Part shown: positions 30,495 through 39,762 of the stretch, piece by piece
Layout of the letters: each line of letters starts with the position of its first letter
Position numbering within the stretch: the stretch's first letter is position 1
Virus record (IMG/VR): IMGVR_UViG_3300044856_000241
Span: 32,001-96,000 of that record
Direction: 5' to 3' (one strand)
Source: a virus
Taxonomy: Duplodnaviria; Caudoviricetes
DNA: 64,000 bases
Program-made: the position numbers and the translations under genes
Notes under the pieces: generated by a model
What the model saw: only the letters and a program-made list of their open reading frames with translations
The model's database searches: none
Told to the model about the DNA's origin: nothing

Positions 30495-31400
30495 TTACTC
30501 TTCTACACTTTTTAATAACAACTCGTCTGAACTAAATCCGGCTGCTCCAGGATGTCCACCACCACCATATTTCATGGCAATTTCAGAACAATTTACTTTT
30601 GTAGAACGTAATCCGTAAGTCCATCGCTTACCGTTGAATGAAAATCCAATGAACATATCATATTTATCCTGATCAACAGATGTAAAATTATCACTTCCAG
30701 CCATTGCCATATTAATTGCGAAACATTTATGTCCTTCGAATTCTGTTTCGAATCCAACTGACTCACAATACTCTTTTGACCAGTTATCACGATATTTAAG
30801 AAGATTTTTGCCATTCACAATGATATCTACTGTACCAATCTCATTGTTATATAGCTTATTCCAAATGTTATCAGCATCAGTCGGATCTGTATCTTCCAGT
30901 GTTAATCCAATTTCAAACGCTTTTGTCCTTTCCCCATATTTAAATTTCCAAACATCATAATCTGCTACATATTTTGTAAACATCGGTGCATCATAGCACA
31001 TATCTTCCTTGAACGGTACACATACTAAGCTATTCTCTTCTGTGATATGTACAAGCATATGTTTGAAGTAACAATATGTCAGCATACAACCGGCAATACC
31101 ATCATATCTAAGACCAGGAATCTGATGTGGAAATCCGTCATATCGTTTAATTGCACTGATATGATGATCAATCCAAGTAACATTGTTTGTGATTTTTAGT
31201 AACTCTTCCATCTCTTCTGGCATAATAGAATAATCAACAATGAACACCTGTTCATCTTTTTTGATTTTCTCAAACGGGAATTCCATTCCGTAGTTAATCA
31301 TGATATATTCTTCATCATAATCATCTAATTTAGGTGCTAACTGATGCACCCAGAAAGCACTAAGTTTGCCGTCGTGATCGACATGATACATACATTTCAT
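30495..31400 (-). CDS. DHH/DHHA1 phosphoesterase (NrnB-like)
   Basis: YH.D.DG, VD, IDHH, GGGGHPGAAGF. Confidence 0.88.
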   Translation of the reverse strand: MKCMYHVDHDGKLSAFWVHQLAPKLDDYDEEYIMINYGMEFPFEKIKKDEQVFIVDYSIMPEEMEELLKITNNVTWIDHHISAIKRYDGFPHQIPGLRYDGIAGCMLTYCYFKHMLVHITEENSLVCVPFKEDMCYDAPMFTKYVADYDVWKFKYGERTKAFEIGLTLEDTDPTDADNIWNKLYNNEIGTVDIIVNGKNLLKYRDNWSKEYCESVGFETEFEGHKCFAINMAMAGSDNFTSVDQDKYDMFIGFSFNGKRWTYGLRSTKVNCSEIAMKYGGGGHPGAAGFSSDELLLKSVEE

Positions 31401-31423
31401 ATTTCTGTATTCTCCTTCTAAAT

Positions 31424-32780
31424 TTATACATTTGTATGTTTCATATATGAGATAAGTTCATAAGGATTATTCTTAATCTCTCCGTTGATAACCATATTAA
31501 GTAAATGATTTAACCAATATCCAACCATTTTCCCAGAACATCCCATATATTTCATAACATCATTGCCATTTACTGCTAAATCCTTTAACGAAAAGCACTG
31601 TTCTTCACTTAATATATTCTCCAGAAGTTCTTCGATTTTCTGAATTTTACCAAGTCTTTTTTCTTTATATTCTGGATTTTGTGCTGAGACATCAGCTTTA
31701 CGAAGCTCTAATAATCGTCTAAATTGTTCTTCTCCAATACGATTCAACCAACGTTTGATATATTTTCCTCCGACCTCGAATGTTGAATCATGATAATATA
31801 CAAGCTGCACAACCTTTTCTCTGGTATCATTGTCAAAACGAAGTCGTTTCATAATCTTGTCTGTCATATCTGCGCTTACTTTTCCATGACCTTTGAAATG
31901 TCCAACACCATTCTCATCTTCTGTATAACAGTGTGGTTTACCGATATCATGAAAGAATACTGCCAGGCATGTGATTAAGTCATCTGAATCACAATACTGT
32001 ATTGCATGAACTGTATGATTCCATACATTATTAACATGATACGGATTATTCTGCTCAAATCCGAACATATCTTTAATCTCCGGAATAAACTGGGCAAGTA
32101 CACCATCGTACAAAACCATCTGAATACAAAAATCTGGTGCAACAATCATTTTACAAAACTCACTATTAATTCTCTCAGTAGATGTATTCTCTAAACTTTT
32201 ATATAAATGACTTGCTTCATAACCTGCCTCAGCATCAATCACAAATTCTAACTGAGAAGCGAATCTCATTGCACGTAAAATTCGTAAGGCATCCTCGGTA
32301 AAGCGATCTTTTGCAACGCCAACACATCGAATAAAATGATCTTCAATGTCTTGCATTCCATTAAACGGATCAATTAATCCATCTTTTTCGTTATATGCCA
32401 TAGCATTAATGGTGAAATCCCGTCTGCTTAGATCTTCAATAAGATTGCTTGTGAACTCTACAGAATCAGGATGTCTTCCATCTGAATATTCTCCGTCCCT
32501 TCTGTACGTTGTGATTTCATACCCAACATTATCAATCATTACAGTGACCGTACCATGTTGAATACCGGTAGGAATTACTTTGTATCCTTTGCTTTCAAAA
32601 AGTGAAAAAATTTCATTTATTGTAACTGGCGTACAGATGTCCCAATCATGCACTGGTCTCCCCATAATACTGTCTCTTACACTGCCGCCTACGATGTAAG
32701 CCGTACTTCCGTATTTTCCGATTACTTTGAAAAATTTCTTTTACAGCTTCCGGAAGTTCAATTCTAATATCTTTACTCAT
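31424..32780 (-). CDS. cca: CCA tRNA nucleotidyltransferase with HD domain; +1 frameshift near 32730
   Basis: GGSVRD..DWD, DLSRRDFTINAMA, ED.LR.LR, HDIGK; N-terminus MSKDIRIELPEAVKEIF is in a different frame. Confidence 0.85.
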
Positions 32781-32862
32781 CAAAATTCACCTCGATCTCC
32801 GGTACTTAATGGAATATTACAATCTTTACAGAATCGTTCTTTTAATTTAGTTGAAACTTCCA

Positions 32863-33891
32863 TTAGATTTCTCCTCTCACGACTCGCTCATTCACATACA
32901 TTATAAATTCATTAATTCGCTTATAATCTGGTTTATCTGGAAGAGATGTGTTTTCTTTTGCATATTCAAATCTCTTCTCATATTCATTTAACAGATCATA
33001 AAATTCAGGGATTGGTTGTCTATTCTCATCTAAGTATTCTCCATTGCGGATACTCATCAGCAAGTCATGTTCATCTACTCTGTATGTAATAATTTCTTCA
33101 TTTTCCAGAATATCAATACACATCATATACAGTCTCAGCAAATGAGCCATATGTTTTCCTAATTTATCATGACTAATAGCTTTTTCATTACGTTTGCCAA
33201 TTTTGTTGTAGCTACTTACAATAGATTTCATTTCGTTCCACATACCAGCCCAGTCTCTTAATGGATAATGTTTTAAATTAATATCCATAAAAATTTCAGT
33301 CTCATATCCTTCCTGTACTGCTTTATCGATATATAAATTCACATCACTCTCATCATGTGGGAAATATCTGTTTTTGAAATCATATTTTGCATTTTGAATA
33401 CTTTTGAAAATATACTCTTCGTTCTGAGCCTGTCCGACTAAACGTGCTGCTTTATTCTGTAAACGTCTCAGCTGGCTTTGCGAATAACCTGCAAAAGAAT
33501 GAATGCAAATTTTTGATAAGAACATTTTCCTGTTATCTAATAATTCTTTTCCTATATCAGACAAATATAGATAATGCTCTGGTTTCGTTCCTAACAGCTC
33601 GATCGTGTTTGGATTATTAGAAGTCAATAACTTAACGATCTTATTGAAAGAATATACAGTTGTATCTGTTGGAACATCAACAACCTGTTCAAAATCGGTA
33701 CCTAAAAGAACTTCTGATTTACTGTTTAAAGCAACACTACGGATATCTAAGTCTGAATTAGGAGTTTCCATCCCGTATGCATGACTTCCGCCTAATGTCA
33801 ATAACATAATATTCTCTCCAAGATGTTCATCATTTCTCAAGAAATCATATTTCTCAGTTTTCAATTCTGATTTAATTTTATCAATTGTCAT
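32863..33891 (-). CDS. RlaP/YcgL-like nucleotidyltransferase
   Basis: GSHAYG...SDLD, NPN..ELL, KHMAHLLRL, IRNG. Confidence 0.8.
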   Translation of the reverse strand: MTIDKIKSELKTEKYDFLRNDEHLGENIMLLTLGGSHAYGMETPNSDLDIRSVALNSKSEVLLGTDFEQVVDVPTDTTVYSFNKIVKLLTSNNPNTIELLGTKPEHYLYLSDIGKELLDNRKMFLSKICIHSFAGYSQSQLRRLQNKAARLVGQAQNEEYIFKSIQNAKYDFKNRYFPHDESDVNLYIDKAVQEGYETEIFMDINLKHYPLRDWAGMWNEMKSIVSSYNKIGKRNEKAISHDKLGKHMAHLLRLYMMCIDILENEEIITYRVDEHDLLMSIRNGEYLDENRQPIPEFYDLLNEYEKRFEYAKENTSLPDKPDYKRINEFIMYVNERVVRGEI

Positions 33892-34460
33892 CTTGTCACC
33901 TCACAGTGTTTGATAATCTGATTCGCCACTTTTCTCACAGGAATATCTACAGGGCACAAATCACTCATTTCAATTCTGCTTACGACAACCGGCGTAACAC
34001 CAAACTTTGTATGACAGTAAATTGTATCCCCTACTTTAATATTCTCTGCAAAACCACACCAATTTTCAGGAACTCGCCACACAAACTCTTTTGTACATTT
34101 GCTGTTCGGATGAGTACCATATACATATGTAGTGGTCTTTGTTCTGTAAGTTGGTTTCTTCTTTTCACCAAACTTACCGCATTTAATATAATAAGCCTCT
34201 TCTACATTATTCTCTTTAAGAATCAGATACTGAATATAACCGTCCACCAGAACATTTTCATTATCCAGAACTAAGTACATACTCTGCTTACCTGTATTTG
34301 CAAAGCGTTTTCTGTATTTCTGAACTTTTTGTTCAGATGGAACTGATGCAGCAAAAGCCGAACTAATTACAATATCAGATAATTTAATACTTTTCATGAT
34401 CATTCTACTCCACAGGTTTAAAGTATTTCGCACTTTTATATCTCCACTGACCATCTTCAA
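33888..34460 (-). CDS. ParB/Srx-like domain protein (true start probably near 34397)
   Basis: IKLSDI...LVDGY. Confidence 0.4.
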   Translation of the reverse strand: MKMVSGDIKVRNTLNLWSRMIMKSIKLSDIVISSAFAASVPSEQKVQKYRKRFANTGKQSMYLVLDNENVLVDGYIQYLILKENNVEEAYYIKCGKFGEKKKPTYRTKTTTYVYGTHPNSKCTKEFVWRVPENWCGFAENIKVGDTIYCHTKFGVTPVVVSRIEMSDLCPVDIPVRKVANQIIKHCEVTR

Positions 34461-34638
34461 AGATTAGAAACTGTGGATATCCATTACCATCATCTCTAAC
34501 ATTGTAGACTTTGTATCTACACGTTCTACATTCACTATGCAAATAACTATTATTATTGGTATACTCACATGAATATGTAGTTTTTTTTGTTTCCACTTCA
34601 AACATAAATTTCATTTGCTCCTTTCTGAATTTTAGAAA

Positions 34639-34711
34639 TACGGGAGGCACGAGTCGAACGTGCCGCAACTGATTTATAAGATCAGCCCCATCACCGCTTG
34701 GGTACTCCCGC
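34639..34711 (-). tRNA. tRNA-Ile (UAU)
   Basis: GCGGGAG/CTCCCGT, CTGAT-CTTATAA-ATCAG, GCACG-TTCGACT-CGTGC; no encoded CCA. Confidence 0.8.
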
Positions 34712-34823
34712 TTATTGAATATCATCACAACAGCGACAATGTGCGAAACCAGAAAAAAATGAAGCGAAAGAAAGGATTTACTGCCGTGATAATATTCAAT
34801 TGCCAAAATATTTACTTGATTAA

Positions 34824-34896
34824 CGGGGCTAGTAGGATTTGAACCTACGAATACCACATTCAAAGTGTGGAGCCTTAACCGCTTGGCGATAGCCCT
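34824..34896 (-). tRNA. tRNA-Gln (UUG)
   Basis: GCCAAGCGGTTAAGGC D-arm, CCACA-CTTTGAA-TGTGG, GTAGG-TTCAAAT-CCTAC. Confidence 0.88.
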
Positions 34897-34902
34897 ATGG
34901 TT

Positions 34903-35059
34903 GCACCGAGAGCGGAGCTATGCACAACTCCCAATTGATTAACTTCATACGATACTTTCTTGTAGGTCTAATTTAAATTTTACATCCAAGTACTAGGATT
35001 ATCTCAGATGACAATATCCTCTCGTATTTAATTAAACAAATGTTGCATACTCTCGATGC
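34903..35059 (-). ncRNA. Unidentified ~157-nt structured RNA between tRNAs
   Basis: Closing stem GCATCGAGAG/CTCTCGGTGC, TATGCA/TGCATA, ATACGA/TCGTAT and internal hairpins. Confidence 0.5.
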
Positions 35060-35062
35060 TAA

Positions 35063-35135
35063 TACGCCCACCCAGAGTCGGACTGGGAATCGCTGTGTAT
35101 AAGACAGGTGCAACGTACCGCATCACCTTGGGCGC
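35063..35135 (-). tRNA. Degenerate tRNA-Ile (UAU)-like gene
   Basis: GCGCCCA/TGGGCGT, loop CTTATAC, T-loop TCCGACT (non-canonical), weak D-arm. Confidence 0.6.
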
Positions 35136-35497
35136 ATATTTGTGGTAGTTGTTTCTTCCTTATTATAGGGATGACTCGTTCCAACCCACCACGTAATAAC
35201 GAGTGTAAGTTTATATTTATTTATTTTCCATCAATTTACTAAAAACTCTGAATCAACAGCCAGATCATTGTTGGATAATATATAATATCTACTATAGAAA
35301 AAAGTAACTCTCTAAATCTATTAACTGAGAACTCTTCGCCTTTTTCTAATTTTGTAGCATATGAACTATAGTCGAAAATGTTAATAATACAACTTACTAC
35401 TTCAATAATTGACATAATAAGTGCAAAATTATTGTCTGCAAATCTCATTCCGAGTTTTGCATAGATAATTCCGAGAATTATGTAAATAATCCAACCA

Positions 35498-36812
35498 TTG
35501 AACTTCACACCGCTAAAGTGGTGTGATTCTTGGGAAATTATCTCTACTGAGATAATATTTACCAAGCTATCCCGATTGTTCCAACCGTTCTTATTTATGA
35601 TTATTAAGCTACTTCCAGTAGCCTTAATCCTTCGTTTAATATATTAATAGCAGCATTAATATCTCTATCATGATGTGTATTGCAACAAGGACAATCCCAT
35701 TCTCTAACATTAAGATTTTTTGTTTCCTTATTAACATAACCACATACATTACAAGTCTGTGAGCTTGCAAAAAACTTACCTACTTTTATAACTTTTCTAC
35801 CATACCAACCAACCTTATACTCTAATTGTCTTACAAATTCAGACCATGATACATCTGCAATAGACCTTGCAAGTTTATGATTTTTAATCATGTTTTTTAC
35901 TTGTAAATCTTCCAAACAAATCACATCATTATTTCTGATAATCTCTGTAGATAATTTCTGCAAGAAATCTTTTCTCTGATTTGCAATATGTTCTTGAAGT
36001 CTTGCAACTTTAATTCTTGCTTTGTTACGATTAGAACCACCTTTTGATTTTCGAGATAATTCTATTTGTAATTTAGCAAGCTTGTCCAATGACTTTTTGA
36101 GATATTTCGGATTCGGAATCATTTCTCCATCAGATGTTATACAAAACTCTTTAATACCTAAATCAATACCAACAGAATTTCCAGTTTTTTCCAATGGTTT
36201 CATTTCTACATCAGTACAGCATAGCGAAACATAATATTTTCCACTAGGCTCCTGTGATACGGTAGCATTTAATATTCTTCCTTGCGGAATTAATTTATTT
36301 TTAGTTTTTACCACTCCAAGTTTTGGTAATTTAATATGTCTTCCGCAATACTGAATATTATTATTTGTACATTTCGATTTATATGAATATCTATGTGTTT
36401 TCTTTGATTTAAATTTAGGATAACCGGTATGTTCTTTGAAGAATTTCTGATAAGCAGAATCTAAATCTCTAAGTGAAGATTGAAGAGCAGTGGAATCAAC
36501 TTCTTTTAACCATTCCAGTTCAGACTTAAGTTTTGTCATGTCTTTTGAACATTGTGTATATGAAAATGTTTCATTTTCTTTTTCATACATTTCAACTCTT
36601 TTTGCAAGATATGTATTATATACAAACCTACAACATCCAAAAGTCTTTGCTATTATTTCTCGTTGCTTTTTATTTGGATAAATTCTGTACTTATAAGCCT
36701 TTTCCACTACCTTCACCTCGCTTTCTTTCTAATTTATCACCTCATATGTATATTCTCCATTTGGTGTCGATTCATCTCACCACTGAAGTGGCGAGTGTTC
36801 TCACCTTTCTTC
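35498..36812 (-). mobile_element. Non-autonomous IS200/IS605-family (tnpB-only) element
   Basis: Left-end hairpin CTCGCCACTTCAGTGGTGAG, right-end hairpin TCACACCACTTTAGCGGTGTGA ending in TTCAA, inserted after TTTAT. Confidence 0.8.
35604..36716 (-). CDS. tnpB: RNA-guided endonuclease TnpB
   Basis: [12 protein letters not shown], RuvC GIDLG/EDL/DRDINAA, Zn finger CNVC..CPCC. Confidence 0.95.
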   Translation of the reverse strand: MKVVEKAYKYRIYPNKKQREIIAKTFGCCRFVYNTYLAKRVEMYEKENETFSYTQCSKDMTKLKSELEWLKEVDSTALQSSLRDLDSAYQKFFKEHTGYPKFKSKKTHRYSYKSKCTNNNIQYCGRHIKLPKLGVVKTKNKLIPQGRILNATVSQEPSGKYYVSLCCTDVEMKPLEKTGNSVGIDLGIKEFCITSDGEMIPNPKYLKKSLDKLAKLQIELSRKSKGGSNRNKARIKVARLQEHIANQRKDFLQKLSTEIIRNNDVICLEDLQVKNMIKNHKLARSIADVSWSEFVRQLEYKVGWYGRKVIKVGKFFASSQTCNVCGYVNKETKNLNVREWDCPCCNTHHDRDINAAINILNEGLRLLEVA

Positions 36813-37203
36813 ATAAAATTGGAATTACACATCCTGCCCAGGTAAGTGCAATTTGCCATAAATGTAATAATTGATCTTCTACAAGATTAATTTCTTTCTT
36901 ATTGGCTTTTCGATCATCTATAAAATAATGCATTCCAATATTCCAAAGGAACCAGAAAAAATGAACACAAAAAAATTCCTTCATACATAATGCGTATATC
37001 GCAACCGGCACCATCACCATGAACGACCATGCGAAACTATGCATAAACAACGCCATCTTATAATCGTTCTTATACATTTTATCTGGAGCATTTTTCTCCC
37101 ACCATTCTTTTTGTTTAGCGGATGCAAGCCAACCTTGTAGATTATAATCAGCTATGATATGACAGAAGATCATAAGAATTAAGATTAATAATGCTATTTT
37201 CAT
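36811..37203 (-). CDS. DUF3307-like membrane protein, C-terminus clipped by the IS
   Basis: HIIADY.LQ, H..ID..K, DQLLH. Confidence 0.7.
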   Translation of the reverse strand: MKIALLILILMIFCHIIADYNLQGWLASAKQKEWWEKNAPDKMYKNDYKMALFMHSFAWSFMVMVPVAIYALCMKEFFCVHFFWFLWNIGMHYFIDDRKANKKEINLVEDQLLHLWQIALTWAGCVIPIL

Positions 37204-37222
37204 ATTTATTTATCCTCCATCA

Positions 37223-37624
37223 TTAATGTAAAAAATCTCTAATACCATCTACAAGTTCATGATAGTTCTCACCGGTAAGATCAAAATTGAACATATCACA
37301 TACGAGAAAGCTGCCGTCTCCAATCAATACAGTGTATTTCCCATCGACTCTACATTTTGTAATGATGCCTTTACCAGTTCCTTTTACCTGCACGATATCG
37401 CCTATTTTTGGCATTACGGTTTTAATGCACCAATCGTTAGCTAATAGATTATAAGATGTCATCAATGCTACCGAAATTTTTTCATCCTCAGAAAAAGATA
37501 AATCATCATAAAATTTTATTGTATTATCTTCTTTATCGATAAACAAATATCTATTTGTGAGCCATTCTTTTCTTGTAACCTTTTCTCCACTCTTCATAGC
37601 ATCCAACGCTTCACTAAAATTCAT
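37223..37624 (-). CDS. DUF2829 (Tad2-like) domain protein with C-terminal extension
   Basis: MNFSEALDAMKSGEKVTRKEW...LLANDW. Confidence 0.65.
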   Translation of the reverse strand: MNFSEALDAMKSGEKVTRKEWLTNRYLFIDKEDNTIKFYDDLSFSEDEKISVALMTSYNLLANDWCIKTVMPKIGDIVQVKGTGKGIITKCRVDGKYTVLIGDGSFLVCDMFNFDLTGENYHELVDGIRDFLH

Positions 37625-38014
37625 ACTATCGCTCCATTCTGCTAATCTGTCTTCTCAGTTTTCTTACAACTCCACCACATTTAATGTTCTTCGGAGACAC
37701 CTGCAGTTTCGCCAGTCTATCCTTCATTAATGCTAATTTTGCTTCATTTGTCATGATTTAGTCCTCAACTTTCTTATATTTTTTATTTCACAACTACTTA
37801 TTCTCCGCCAGCTTTCTTCCACAATACGGACAATAATTGATGTAGTTCTTCTGATGTATATATTCGCCATCATAATTATCCCATTCCATTGTTTCGATAT
37901 CTTCATACCATTCTTTTGTCAATGGATCTAAGTAGATACAGCAATCATTCGAATGTGAATCACAATATTTACACATTTATGTATTCTCTCCTCTCTCCAG
38001 ATGAAAACAAACTT

Positions 38015-38614
38015 TCAGACGTACAGTTGATACTTCCTGCCAATCTGATCGATCACTCCACTATCCATCGGTTTAAAACCAATTACAGTAAGCGTCCTAC
38101 CATTTTCTTCCGGTTCTAACTCGGTATAGCAGTTATCATGGATCAACCAAAAGTCTTCATTCTCAACCATTCCCAAATCTTCTGCCATGGACTTAGCTTT
38201 CAGAAGCTGATTTTTATTCTTCGCTCTAAGAACACACTTTGTATATTCTCCACACATCCATTGCTCGTACAAATTTTTGTCAATAGTAAATTCTGTCTTG
38301 TAATGACTTACAGTTGGTTCATCCACCATTATTTGTTTGCCATATGGATTCTTCTGATTTGCCGGCTTATAATAAACCCATCTTTTACCATTCTGTCTTG
38401 TAATCTCTGCGAAATCATCTAAATCTGGATGTCTATACCATTGTGGTTTGCCGTCTGAACCATACGCCCTCAAAATCTTCTCATTAATGATCTTCGTCAC
38501 ATTATATCTAATCATTTGCATAAGAAATGCATTAGACGCATGACTTACTTGCACAGCCAATTTTTCTGGTGACATTTCCAGGTCTTTTCTTGCTATAATA
38601 ACTTGTTTGTACAT
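38015..38614 (-). CDS. Peptidyl-tRNA hydrolase, Pth2 family, with internal insertion
   Basis: KQVIIARKDLEMS..KLAVQVSHA, K.VL, IHD..YTELEP..TLTVIGF.P. Confidence 0.8.
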   Translation of the reverse strand: MYKQVIIARKDLEMSPEKLAVQVSHASNAFLMQMIRYNVTKIINEKILRAYGSDGKPQWYRHPDLDDFAEITRQNGKRWVYYKPANQKNPYGKQIMVDEPTVSHYKTEFTIDKNLYEQWMCGEYTKCVLRAKNKNQLLKAKSMAEDLGMVENEDFWLIHDNCYTELEPEENGRTLTVIGFKPMDSGVIDQIGRKYQLYV

Positions 38615-39171
38615 TTAACAAAAATACCCTTCTGTAAAATCATATCCATCAATATCATGAAAATATCTTGAGGAACCCCACATCTGACCTGTATCAAAAC
38701 TAGAATATTCAAGATGATCATATGGTATTGTTATATCGTAATCGTTTTCTGTACTCTCTATAAAATAATCTCGCCAACCACATAGAGTATCACGTACAAT
38801 TCCTCCGGGAATATATTTCATATAACGCACTTGTTGATTTTCTCCCCAGTCAATTAATTCTTCCTGAAGCCCATCTAACGAAAACTGTTCGCCATATTCA
38901 TCAAATATTTTTATATCTTCACAATGTTCTTTAATAAATTGCTTCATTTCTGTAACAGAATTATATGCTTTCTTATGCGTCTCAAATAATGGTTTCCAAC
39001 CTAAGCTACGCTTTCCTATATGAATCTCGTATCCGAAAAATGGTTCATCTACTAATTCATATTCTCCGTCAAAATATTTTTTTGCTAACTTTTTATTGTC
39101 TGTCATCATATAATAATTTGTTCCCAAATTTACTCACCACCTTATATACTAAATCTGTTTCTGCTATTTAC

Positions 39172-39762
39172 TTATTCCTCTGATTCAAAGATTGAAGAGG
39201 AAAAGATACAAACCGGGCGAACACCGTAGTCGTTGCCACAGCCGTAGCCGTAGATACCGCCGGGCGGAGAAACAACGGTGACTGTTTTTGAGTATTCGTT
39301 ACAAGGTGTGCTCCACGGAGTAACAAGCCACCACCATTCATCAGTATTCGGAATGAATTTTCTGTATTTTCGGTATTCGTCAACCGTCAAAAGAGATACA
39401 AAATCATCTGTTTCCCCATATTCTTCCTGTCCATCAAGAGACAACAGGTCTCTTTTAAAAGCAACAATATTATCCTCACCAATCTCTTTGGAAACCTTTT
39501 TATAGAACTCTGTGTGGAGATAACTTCTCAAACTACTTTCATTCCAGTCACTTGAGTTTTCATCAAACTTTTTATCTCCCAATGAGTCACCAATGCACAT
39601 ATATCCAGCATCCGTAATATCAAGGATTTTCCAGTTTGTGTCTGCAAGTTCAAATTCATCTCCGATTTTTAATCCTTTCGGAATATGTGTCACACCTAAC
39701 TTTTCCTCAAGTGCTTTAACTCTGCCGAACAATTCTGAAATATCACTTACTATACTTCTCAT
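39172..39762 (-). CDS. DUF6273-like protein, probable DGR target
   Basis: W..SSLR.YL, LLT.DEY, WWWLVTP, C-terminal YGVRPV. Confidence 0.65.
   Translation of the reverse strand: MRSIVSDISELFGRVKALEEKLGVTHIPKGLKIGDEFELADTNWKILDITDAGYMCIGDSLGDKKFDENSSDWNESSLRSYLHTEFYKKVSKEIGEDNIVAFKRDLLSLDGQEEYGETDDFVSLLTVDEYRKYRKFIPNTDEWWWLVTPWSTPCNEYSKTVTVVSPPGGIYGYGCGNDYGVRPVCIFSSSIFESEE

Noticed and set aside
32780-32863. 27-codon ORF MEVSTKLKERFCKDCNIP...
   Set aside because: It looks like a deletion remnant of a longer gene, which cannot be verified without a search.
34405-34863. 152-aa ORF as annotated
   Set aside because: The N-terminal part runs through two tRNA genes; the real gene likely starts at MKFMFEV (about 34614).
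35239-35565. ORF 35239..35565 as annotated
   Set aside because: Its first ~22 codons lie within the IS right end/omegaRNA; the true gene starts downstream.
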